A DNA stretch of 63,644 bases, filler included, from Octopus bimaculoides (lineage: Eukaryota), in NCBI RefSeq assembly GCF_001194135.2. It is 5 parts of 5 records of this genome, joined end to end, with 100 filler letters (N's around TTAATTAATTAA, not from the genome) between each part and the next. Parts side by side here need not be neighbours in the genome. Positions count along the whole stretch, not along the records: positions 1 to 16,949 come from NC_069002.1; positions 17,050 to 25,816 come from NC_068988.1; 3 more parts are not named here. The stretch is one strand, 5' to 3'. Shown here piece by piece: positions 12,970-22,966 of the stretch; within the stretch, counting starts at the first letter, position 1; the number at the start of each line of letters is the position of its first letter. The notes below the pieces were generated by a model, which ran no database searches, was not told the DNA's origin, and saw only the letters and a program-made list of their open reading frames with translations. The translations under genes were made by a program, and so were the position numbers.

Positions 12970-13293
12970 GGTGTCCACAAAGTCTGGGTACATGGGATTA
13001 ACACATACTTTAAGAAATTACTATTTCTTATGTTATGATTTTATATATATATATATGATGATGATGGGCTTCTTTCAGTTTCTGTCTACCAAATCCACTC
13101 ACAAGGCTTTGGTCAGCCCAAGGCTATAGCAGAAGACACTTACCCAAAGTGCCACACAGTGGGACTGAACTCGGAATCATGTGGTTGGGGAGCAAGCTTC
13201 TTACCATGCATTGATCTGGCTATGAGTATAGCCAGCTTCCTTAAAATTTTTACCACAGGCTACAAATGTACAAAGAACTACTAAAAATCTCAC

Positions 13294-13478
13294 CGGAATA
13301 AGATGGTCTTCAGAGCTCTCTCTGCGATGGATCGTGCCTTATCAATCTCAGCTGTTTCCAAATGGAAAGCCATGTACCGTAGCCACAACATGGAACTGTC
13401 TGGCGAATGGAGGAGAAGACGGTCAAAATCATCAGCAGTTTCGGGCAGTTTTTCTCCAATGACCCGTTGACGTTCAAT
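13294..13478 (-). CDS. PDCD11: RRP5/PDCD11 exon, first HAT repeat
   Basis: Acceptor tttcag and donor gtgag; 185 nt, phase 0 to 2. Translates [61 protein letters not shown](R), containing the RRP5 hallmark DFDRL..SP.SS.LW..YMAFHL...[15 protein letters not shown]. Confidence 0.96.
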
Positions 13479-13516
13479 CTGAAATAAGTCAATCAAGATA
13501 ACAGCTTAGTTAGTTA

Positions 13517-13898
13517 GTTGGCACTCCGTCGCTTACGACGTCGAGGGTTCCAGTTGATCCGATCAACGGAACAGCCTGCTCGCGAAATTAACGTGCAAGT
13601 GGCTGAGCACTCCACAGACACGTGTACCCTTAATGTAGTTCTCGGGGATATTCAGCGTGACACAGTGTGACAAGGCTGACCCTTTGAATTACAGGCACAA
13701 CAGAAACAGAAAGTAAGAGTGAGAGAAAGTTGTGGTGAAACAGTACAGCAGGGTTCGTCACCATCCCTTGCCGGAGCATCGAGGAGCTTTAGGTGTTTTC
13801 GCTCAATAAACACTCACAACGCCCGGTCTGGGCTGGGAATCGAAACTGCAATCCTATGACAGCGAGTTCGCTGCCCTAACCACTGGGCCATTGCGCCT
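13517..13898 (-). mobile_element. tRNA-derived SINE family B, near full length
   Basis: Head aggcgcaatggcccagtggttagggcagcg. Diverged relatives at approximately 32070-32200, 33460-33670 and 50690-50990. Confidence 0.8.
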
Positions 13899-15492
13899 AC
13901 ACCAAGATAACAGTATTAAGAATAATAATAATGAAGATAGCAACAATGATTAAGTCATTGATTGATTTCAAGAACATATAAGAACAAAACTAAATCTCAG
14001 TGCTCAACAATTTCTTTAATGATGATGTCGACAATATTATCTTTATTACTGAGTTCAAATCCTGCCGAGGTCGACTTTGCCTTTTATCCTTTTTGGGGTC
14101 GATAAAATAAGTACCAGTTGCATACTGGGGTTGATGAAATTGACTATCCACCTCCCCCAAATTTCCGGCCTTGTGCCTTCAGTAGAAAGAATCATCATCA
14201 TCATTGTTATCATTAATACTATCAATAATTTCTAATTTTGGCACAAGCCTATCAATTTTTAGAGGAGGGGGTAAGCTGATTATATTGACCCCAGTGTTTC
14301 ACTGGTATTTGATTTATTGACCCCGAAAGGATGAAAGGCATATTCAACCTCAGTGGAATTTGATCTCAGAGCTTAAGGACAGATCTAGCCATTCACACTT
14401 ACCCTTGACTGTCATTCTAAAAATATACAATCACATCATCAGAATCTCAAAGCTAAAAGATAATGCATAATTAATTCAAAGTAATGTCAATAAAAGACAT
14501 TCTATTGGACAGAATAATCTGAATGCTAAGGGTTAAACCAACCATATCTGGGACAAATATTCTACTGGTTTCATGTTCTATCCAGCCAGATCCAGCCTTT
14601 CACACCTATTCATCATCATCATCGTTTAACGTCCGCTTTCCATGCNNNNNNNNNNNNNNNNNNNNNNNNNNNNNNNNNNNNNNNNNNNNNNNNNNNNNNN
14701 NNNNNNNNNNNNNNNNNNNNNNNNNNNNNNNNNNNNNNNNNNNNNNNNNNNNNNNNNNNNNNNNNNNNNNNNNNNNNNNNNNNNNNNNNNNNNNNNNNNN
14801 NNNNNNNNNNNNNNNNNNNNNNNNNNNNNNNNNNNNNNNNNNNNNNNNNNNNNNNNNNNNNNNNNNNNNNNNNNNNNNNNNNNNNNNNNNNNNNNNNNNN
14901 NNNNNNNNNNNNNNNNNNNNNNNNNNNNNNNNNNNNNNNNNNNNNNNNNNNNNNNNNNNNNNNNNNNNNNNNNNNNNNNNNNNNNNNNNNNNNNNNNNNN
15001 NNNNNNNNNNNNNNNNNNNNNNNNNNNNNNNNNNNNNNNNNNNNNNNNNNNNNNNNNNNNNNNNNNNNNNNGACGCTGGGCACAGTTACCATCATGATTT
15101 TGCTTTCGCTTGCCCCAATAGGTCTTCACAAGCCGAATTTCGTGTCCAATGAAAGAGATGACGTTGGCATGGGTGCCAGTCGTCGAATTTAGTTCGATTT
15201 CGATTTCACTTGCCTCAACAGGTCTAAAGGCTATGAGATAATGCATGACTAATTCAAAACACTGAATAAATAAGCATTAAATTCAACAGACTATTCTGAA
15301 TGCTAAAGGGTTGAACCAGCTATATTCAGCTCAAATATTCTACTTGTTTTATGTTCAAACAAGCCAGATTCAGCCTTTCATACCTACCCAACAATGTCAT
15401 TCTATAAATATATAATGACATAATTGAAATCTGAAAGCTACGAGATAATGGAATAGAAAGGGTTCGTGAGGAGAACCAACCTATATACTTAC

Positions 15493-15561
15493 TTCATATA
15501 ACCTTTCTTCTTCCTGTTTTTTTTCAAGCTTCTTAGCAGCTTTCTTTTTCTTGAGGAGTTT
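15493..15561 (-). CDS. PDCD11: RRP5/PDCD11 exon, lysine-rich linker
   Basis: Acceptor attttacag and donor gtaagt; 69 nt, phase 0-0. Translates KLLKKKKAAKKLEKKQEEERLYE, in frame with the next exon and equivalent to the basic stretch preceding the RRP5 HAT domain. Confidence 0.8.
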
Positions 15562-16781
15562 CTGTAAAATTAAGAACATTGCAGGTAAATAAGAAAACAA
15601 TAATTTGAACAGGAGGTGTATATAAATGAACAGTAATTAATCTAAATGAAGAAGGTGCAATTAGAAGTGGGAACAGAAAAGAGATTCGGTTAGGAATCGG
15701 TATGTCCTGATTTATCAAGTTAACATCACAATAACTTCACAAACACTTTATATGTGTGGATGTATATATTGTGTTCTATGTATATATTGGGTTGGTGCAT
15801 AATTATTGTGACTTTTTTCAACAAATTTCTTAATATGAAATTAATAATAAAGAAGTGAGAGTAGCAGATGTAAACTGTTATACATCCTGTCTCTTGTGCA
15901 CATATTCTGTATACATTCTTTTGTACATATCTGCTGTGGATGGCTTTCCCCTCCACCTTTGCCCCCTACATGCTATAGCAACTTCCATGTACCTCTAACA
16001 CCCATCACTGTTACTACACATCTCTCGTTCTTTCCCTGCTTCCCTCTGCCACCTCACACACCATCATTATCGTTCAACATCTGTTTTCCATGCTAGCATG
16101 GGTCAGACGGTTTGACATGGAGCTGGCCAGTTGGAACACTGTCCAGGCTCTAATTGTCTGTTTTGGCATGGTTTCTATGACTGGATACCCTTCTTAACCC
16201 ATTACCTACCAGTGATCTCATATGAGATCAATTAAAAATTACAAATTTCCTAATTATCTGTCAATATTTACACATATCTAACCTTTTTGCTATATCTACT
16301 AGGTATATATTTCTCTGATATTCAAATGAGGTTTGCTAATTTTTCACCCAATATTCTCGCTTATTTCTATTTAAAATGTTATTTTGATCATTCCAGCATG
16401 TTTCTAAGGCTGTTTTATGCTAGAAATCAAAGTTTCATAAAAAAATTCCAGTTAATAGAATTATGGGAGGTAATGGGTTAATGCCAACCACTTTACAAAA
16501 TGTGCAGGGTACTTTTTACGTGACACAGGCACAATTGCATTTTACGTGGCATTGGCACATGTGCATTTTACGCGGTGCAGGTCCCTGCAAGACAAAGACC
16601 TCTCACCTGGGAGAGGGAATGGAGGCATGGCCATAAAGGACATGCCTGCATGTATGGAGGGCTGCGATTTTACTAAGCTTGATGGGTCTTCTCAAATACA
16701 GCAAATCGCCATAAGTCCTGGTCCCTTGTCGTCTCCTCAGTGAGGTTTAGCATATGAAGAAAACAAATCAAAAATACTTAC

Positions 16782-16919
16782 ACCTGTAGATGATTCTCCA
16801 TCCTTGTCTTCGCTCATTTCAATGTCGTCATCACTGCTGCTGACATGACCGTTCTGGTTTGTTGGGGCAACAGTTTCATTATCCCAGTTAAAGAAGACAG
16901 GGGGCATAACTTCAATTGA
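16782..16919 (-). CDS. PDCD11: RRP5/PDCD11 exon, acidic linker
   Basis: Poly-T tract plus aaag acceptor and gtaagt donor; 138 nt, phase 0-0. Translates SIEVMPPVFFNWDNETVAPTNQNGHVSSSDDDIEMSEDKDGESSTG, resembling the RRP5 F.W...SSDSE segment. Confidence 0.75.
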
Positions 16920-16949
16920 CTTTAGAAAGAAAAAAAAAAAAAAAAAAAA

Positions 16950-17049
16950 NNNNNNNNNNNNNNNNNNNNNNNNNNNNNNNNNNNNNNNNNNNNTTAATTA
17001 ATTAANNNNNNNNNNNNNNNNNNNNNNNNNNNNNNNNNNNNNNNNNNNN
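16950..17049. other. Probable artificial scaffold spacer 44N-TTAATTAATTAA-44N
   Basis: Identical 100-nt structure also at 25817-25916, 52557-52656 and 60626-60725. Confidence 0.9.
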
Positions 17050-17669
17050 TATATATATATATATATATATATATGTGTATATATATATACATGTATGTAT
17101 GTATGTATGTATGTACGTATCAATGCTTGGATATATGCATGGAAGCCTGTTTTTCTCTTTTAATTATTTGAATTCTTTCTACAAGGACGGAGCTGGTTTC
17201 TTAGCCTGAAACAAATCTTCATCGCTGGAATTTGGATTAAAAAAACAAAAAAACAAAAAACAAAACACGAGAGCTGTTACATGTTAGGCTTTGGAAATGT
17301 CTTCCATCTTTGTTGTTTTACTTACAATCTATCATCTTCGAAGGCATTATCTGTATGTACCTAAATGTAGTCTTTCCTACTGGCAACATTGTACTAATAT
17401 ATTGTTTTGGGACAGCTACTGTATATGTAATATCTTCCATAGAAATGTGTTATGCAAAGTGTTTCTCTTCAAGTTTTCTCGTTGAAGTACGTGTATCCAG
17501 GAAAAAAGTCGCATGAAAGAAAGTCTTTGGAATATTCTTTTTAGTCAGCAACATAAAAAATACTGAGTATACATGTAATACCACGATACTATGAAAGGTG
17601 CTTTGACTCTGTACATATATGTATTGTCAATAAATGACTGGCATAAATTTTCTGTTTCATTATCTTAGT

Positions 17670-18755
17670 CTATAGATAAGATATGTATGAATGTACATAT
17701 CTTGTGCAGGTGGCTTTCCATGTTTCAGAGCCATACAAAAGCACAGATTTTACGTTTGAACTAAATAAGCAGATTTTTGTTCGAGTTGAGATGGCAGTGG
17801 ACTTCCATACCGGCCGGAGAATAGCAAAGGCTGACCAAGCCTTCTTGCTTCTTGCAGTGATGTCCTCATCTGATCCACCTGATTTTCTGATTTTGCTGCC
17901 AAGATAGACAAACTCACTAACATCCTCCACAAGTGCCCCCTCCATTGTGATTGACTCTTCCTGCTTGTTGTTGATACGCAGCACATTTGTCTTTTCCTGG
18001 CTGATCCTCAAACCCACTCGCCGTGAAGTTTCTCTCAGGTGGTTTACCCTATCTTGTATGTCTTGCAGGTGATGTGACAGTAGAGCGAGATCATCTGCGT
18101 AGTCCAAGTTCTCCAGCTTGTTTATCAGTGTCCACTGAATACCTTTCCCGGAGGTAGCGTAGGCCGTCCTAGTGACCCAGTCCAGCACGACGAGGAACAG
18201 GAGCGGTGACAACAAACAGCCCTGCCTGACTCCCGTGCTGACCCTGAATTCCTCCGACAATCTCCCAGCATGGATGACCTGGCAAGAAAACTCCTCGTAG
18301 AGTAATCGAATAATGCTCACGATCTTCTCTGGCATACCATAGTGTCATAAGATGTCCCAGATTGTCTGCCTGTTTACGCTGTCAAATGCTTTTTCAAAGT
18401 CGACGAAGCACCACGATGACTGTGAGCGTCGCAATCTGGTCCGTGCATGATCTCTCCTTTCTGAAACCTGCCTGCTCATCTCTGTCAATGGTATCTTTCA
18501 ATTGCTTCAGGATGATTCTTGTAAGGACCTTGCTTGGAATGGAAAGCATGGTAATTCCCCTCCACTTTTCGCATTGTGATAAATCCCCACTCTTCCGCAG
18601 CTTCACCAAAAGACCCTTCTTCCAGTCAGTTGGGATCTTCTCTGTCGTCCATACCAGGTTCAGTACATGGTGCATATGATCGATCATCTCTTCTCTTCCT
18701 GCCTTCAGTGCCTCTGCTGGTATGCTGTCCACTCCTGCCGCCTTTCCGTTCTTTA
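17670..18755 (-). mobile_element. RTE-clade LINE reverse transcriptase fragment (frameshifted)
   Basis: G.DSIPAE.LK...WKKGLLVKL.K.GDLSQCEKWRGITMLSIPSKVL...EQAGFR..RSCTDQI / GVRQGCLLSPLLF / LDYADDLALL / FVYLGS / KSVLLYGSETW. Confidence 0.95.
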
Positions 18756-18810
18756 AACAAACTAGCTTAAACTTTAAGCTTAAACTAGCTTAAACTTTAA
18801 GCAAACTAGC

Positions 18811-19038
18811 TTAATCCTTTAGCATTCAAACCGGTCATATCTAGCCTATATATACTTCCTGTTTTATGTTCAAATCAGCCAGATGCGGCCCCTCACACCT
18901 ACCCTAGAATGTTCGTCTAAAAACAAGCAGTTACATCATGAAAATATCGAAGCTACAAGATAATGCATGGTTAATTTAAATCAGTGTGAATAAATAAGTA
19001 TTACATTAGACAGAGTAATCTCAATGCTAAAGGGTTAA
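18811..19038. mobile_element. piggyBac-like MITE
   Basis: Starts ttaa-tcctttagcatt and ends aatgctaaaggg-ttaa, giving inverted termini bounded by TTAA. Related partial units occur at approximately 14385-15450. Confidence 0.65.
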
Positions 19039-19882
19039 TGCCCACTTTATGGACGGAGAAAACTGAATGCGAACATTGATTTTCGCTTCATGCCTTAATT
19101 TTCAATTTCAAATAATTTGTGTTACATGAATGGTACACAGCAGGTCTGCGATTAAAAATATCATAGTGAAACATTTTTAATGCGATCATTATTCGTCTTT
19201 TATATTGTAATATATGAAAATAAAATATAAGCAAATTTGATTTATTATACAATATTATAATAGAACGTATACCGCGACAGAATACACAATATTCTCTGCA
19301 AGAGTAATTTTCATCCGTTTCTGCCATAATGCTAATTCTACTTGAATTTTTCTATTCTGAACATAGCTTAAAATTAGAATGTATTCATGGAAAAGCAGAG
19401 CAGGAAATTAATTCATTCTCGCATTTGTTATGGCTTAATTTTCAATTTGATACGAAAAATGCGCAACAGCAACTATTGTGTTTTTTCAAANNNNNNNNNN
19501 ACACACACACGCACACACACACACAGTGCATTAATAATAATAAAAATGGAGATTTGTATATCGATATTAATGTTTTATACTCTATGGAACCTTTGCAGTT
19601 CTGAGTAGGACACATGGACTTATCCGACGAGAAAATTTACCAATGTTTAATAACTTATTGTAGGCACAGGCATCAGATACGAATCGTTGTGTTAGCCGGT
19701 ATCTGGAACCTAACTGAGAACAAACACGGTGTCAGCCTGGATAATACATCTCTGCGAACTCAATTGTATATGTATATATTTATACATACATACATACATA
19801 CATACATACATACATACATACATACANNNNNNNNNNCAATTGTATATGTATATATTTATACATACATACATACATACATACA

Positions 19883-19915
<33 letters not shown>

Positions 19916-20094
19916 GCATACATACGTACATACATACATACAAACATATATATATTGAGATGTTTAGTTCACTTTAGATCTAAACGAATAGGTATGCTAG
20001 GTAAGTGCTATGATTGGTCGACCGTTAGGTTCCAAGATCACAGCTAAGGCTGGATCTAGGGATCCGTGTTAGGGTTCCGTTATAGCAGGTACAT

Positions 20095-20700
20095 ATTATA
20101 TTAGAAGAAAAATCAAAACCAAGGCAGAACCAGTATCTCAAGTCACTTTCATTAGGGTAAGGTGAATTTGAAGTCTTACAGCCGTTTCTGGGATAACCCA
20201 AATGGTAGGTTAGCATGTCCATGTACTGGGTACTCCGTCATCAGAGACAATGTATGAATATTTTAGACGTGGAAGAATTTACAGTTTACAAGGAATAAAA
20301 TTTACAGTTTATAAGGATTAAAATAGAAGAATAAATGAGTAAAATAGAAGAATAACGAGTAAAAGAAGTTAGAGGAATATGGACAGGAGAATGACGCTCA
20401 CAACACATCTTTTCTCCAGAGGATATGGATGTTGGTCGGTATTTTCATGGAGGTACAGGTTAAAATCCCAGGTAAATCCAGGCAGTATTTTGAATGGTGT
20501 ATTCATATTGTAAATGTATATATAGAGCGAGAAAGTATGATAGATATGAATGGGTTTTGTGATTGCGTGTATGAGAGAGAGGAGAAAGAAAAAGAGATAG
20601 GAGAAAGAAAAAGAGATAGGAGAAAAGAATAAAAAATAAGATAGTGGTACAAGGGTAAAAAATAAAAATAAAATAAAATAAAAATATAAATAATAATAAT
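20095..20700 (-). repeat. Left arm of a large inverted repeat; probable Penelope-like terminal repeat with hammerhead-like motif
   Basis: Reverse complement of approximately 21900-22515. Contains gtct-CTGATGA...GAAA-cggctg-TA-agac on the minus strand at 20173-20248. Confidence 0.7.
20173..20248 (-). ncRNA. Candidate minimal type I hammerhead ribozyme (second copy)
   Basis: Same architecture on the minus strand. Stem III ACGGCUGU remains self-complementary with G-U wobbles; stem II gga..accca / tgggt..tcc. Confidence 0.5.
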
Positions 20701-21345
20701 AATAATAATAGAAATGATAAAATAAAATAGAAATAGAAATTAGAATAATAATAATAAAATAAAATAAAAATGTAAGTAAAAAGAATAATGATAAAAATAA
20801 AAAGAGTACTCAAAGCGCGAACCTCTGCCAAAGCAACACCAACGTCCTCTCAACGATTAGCCAGAGATGATTTTTGAAATGAGAATATCTGAAATAAACT
20901 CGACTGCTCTCACAANNNNNNNNNNNNNNNNNNNNNNNNNNNNNNNNNNNNNNNNNNNNNNNNNNNNNNNNNNNNNNNNNNNNNNNNNNNNNNNNNNNNN
21001 NNNNNNNNNNNNNNNNNNNNNNNNNNNNNNNNNNNNNNNNNNNNNNNNNNNNNNNNNNNNNNNNNNNNNNNNNNNNNNNNNNNNNNNNNNNNNNNNNNNN
21101 NNNNNNNNNNNNNNNNNNNNNNNNNNNNNNNNNNNNNNNNNNNNNNNNNNNNNNNNNNNNNNNNNNNNNNNNNNNNNNNNNNNNNNNNNNNNNNNNNNNN
21201 NNNNNNNNNNNNNNNNNNNNNNNNNNNNNNNNNNNNNNNNNNNNNNNNNNNNNNNNNNNNNNNNNNNNNNNNNNNNNNNNNNNNNNNNNNNNNNNNNNNN
21301 NNNNNNNNNNNNNNNNNNNNNNNNNNNNNNNNNNNNNNNNNNNNN

Positions 21346-21382
<37 letters not shown>

Positions 21383-21899
21383 ACTCTCTTCTTTCCCTCC
21401 ACCTCTGTTTCAACACAAGTATCTTAGAAACCAGTTAGTTTCAACTCAATAATTTTTAGTTTTTGTAGTTGTTTAGATTTTAGTTTTCTTCGTTTGCAAT
21501 TTTAAGTTCGGGTGTTAAATTTTAATTTTCAGTTTTAATTTCAATTTTTAATCCATTATCTCATATCATCTAATTGATATTAAGCTTGAAATACAATTTT
21601 AAATATATGCACTAAACTATTGTCCTTATAACCTTACCTAGATTGGCCTTCCATCCCCCAACTCTACTGAAACATTAACGTTTCATCTCTAACTCCCATA
21701 CAATATTGACCTATCTATATCATCCTTTTTACTTTCATTTATTTTTACCTTTATTCTTAGTTTTTTCCCCTGTTACCTCTATCTTATTTTATATCTTTAT
21801 TTCCTTTCTCCTCTCTCCCATACACACTCACTCACAAAACTCATTTATGATATATCTATCATTATCTTTACTTTTATTTTATTATTTTTAATGTTATTA

Positions 21900-22515
21900 T
21901 TTTCATTCATTTTTTAAAATTTTATATATTATACTTATTTTTACCCTTTCACCACTATCTTATTTTTCATTCCTTTCTCCTATCTCTCTTTCTTTCTCCC
22001 CCCTCTCTCTCTCTTATACCCACCTACAAAACCCATTCATGTCCATCATACTTTATCGCTCTATATACACATTTACAAAATGAATACATCATTCAAAATA
22101 CTGTCAAAATACTGCCTGGATTTACCTGGGATTTTAACTACAGACTTGTACCTTTATGGAAATGCCAACCAACGTCCATATCCTCTGAAAAAAGATGAGT
22201 TGTGAACATTATTCTCCTGGCCATATTCTTCTCACTACTTTTACTCGTTATTCTTCTATTTTACTCCTTCATTCTTCTATTTTAATCCTTATAAACTGTA
22301 AATTTTATTCCTTGTAAACTGTAAATTTTTCCACGTCTAAAATATTCATACCTTGTCTCTGATGACGGAGTACCCAGTGCATAGACATGCTAACCTACCA
22401 TTTGTGTTATCCCAGAAACAGCTGTAAGACTTCAAATTCACCTTACTCTAATTAAATTATTCTAAGTGACTTGAGATTCCCGTTCTGCCTTGGTTTTGAT
22501 TCTTCCTCTAATATA
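21900..22515 (+). repeat. Right arm of the large inverted repeat
   Basis: Reverse complement of approximately 20095-20700. Contains gtct-CTGATGA...GAAA-cagctg-TA-agac at 22355-22430. Confidence 0.7.
22355..22430 (+). ncRNA. Candidate minimal type I hammerhead ribozyme
   Basis: CUGAUGA at 22359-22365, GAAA at 22415-22418, palindromic stem III ACAGCUGU, GUA triplet at 22424-22426, stem I gtct/agac. Confidence 0.5.
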
Positions 22516-22581
22516 ATATAATNNNNNNNNNNAATATAATATAATATAATATAATATAATATAATGATGATGATGATGATG

Positions 22582-22647
<66 letters not shown>

Positions 22648-22651
22648 TATA

Positions 22652-22833
22652 TATATATTTGAAAAAATGAGTAGAGATGACTTTTTGGGATAATTTTTAT
22701 TTTAAGAATAATGTTTAAAGTGAGTGACTCTGGTATGAGGAAACGCATACCAGAGTCACTCACTGTAAATATTATTGTTAAAAGAACAATTATCTCCCAA
22801 AATCCATCTCTACTCATTTTTTTCAAATGTATA
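22652..22833. mobile_element. Foldback/palindromic MITE-like element
   Basis: Perfect 19-bp core arms agtgagtgactctggtatg / cataccagagtcactcact around an 8-nt loop, with imperfect pairing out to tttgaaaaaatgagtagagat / atctctactcatttttttcaaa; TA-flanked. Confidence 0.65.
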
Positions 22834-22863
22834 ATTCTGTACCAAGAATTTTCTTATTATTAT

Positions 22864-22920
<57 letters not shown>

Positions 22921-22925
22921 ATCTA

Positions 22926-22966
<41 letters not shown>

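Noticed and set aside
13840-13898. tRNA-like sequences at SINE heads
   Set aside because: They have A and B boxes but no complete cloverleaf, and they continue into repeated SINE bodies, so they are not tRNA genes.
17326-17360. Possible 35-nt minus-strand RRP5 micro-exon (tttag|...|gtaagt; VHTDNAFEDDR)
   Set aside because: It ends in phase 2 while the next visible exon starts in phase 0, has no recognisable RRP5 similarity, and lies across an artificial join.
19760-19930. Apparent tandem duplication around a 10-N gap
   Set aside because: Most likely a contig-end overlap in a (TACA)n microsatellite, i.e. an assembly artefact.
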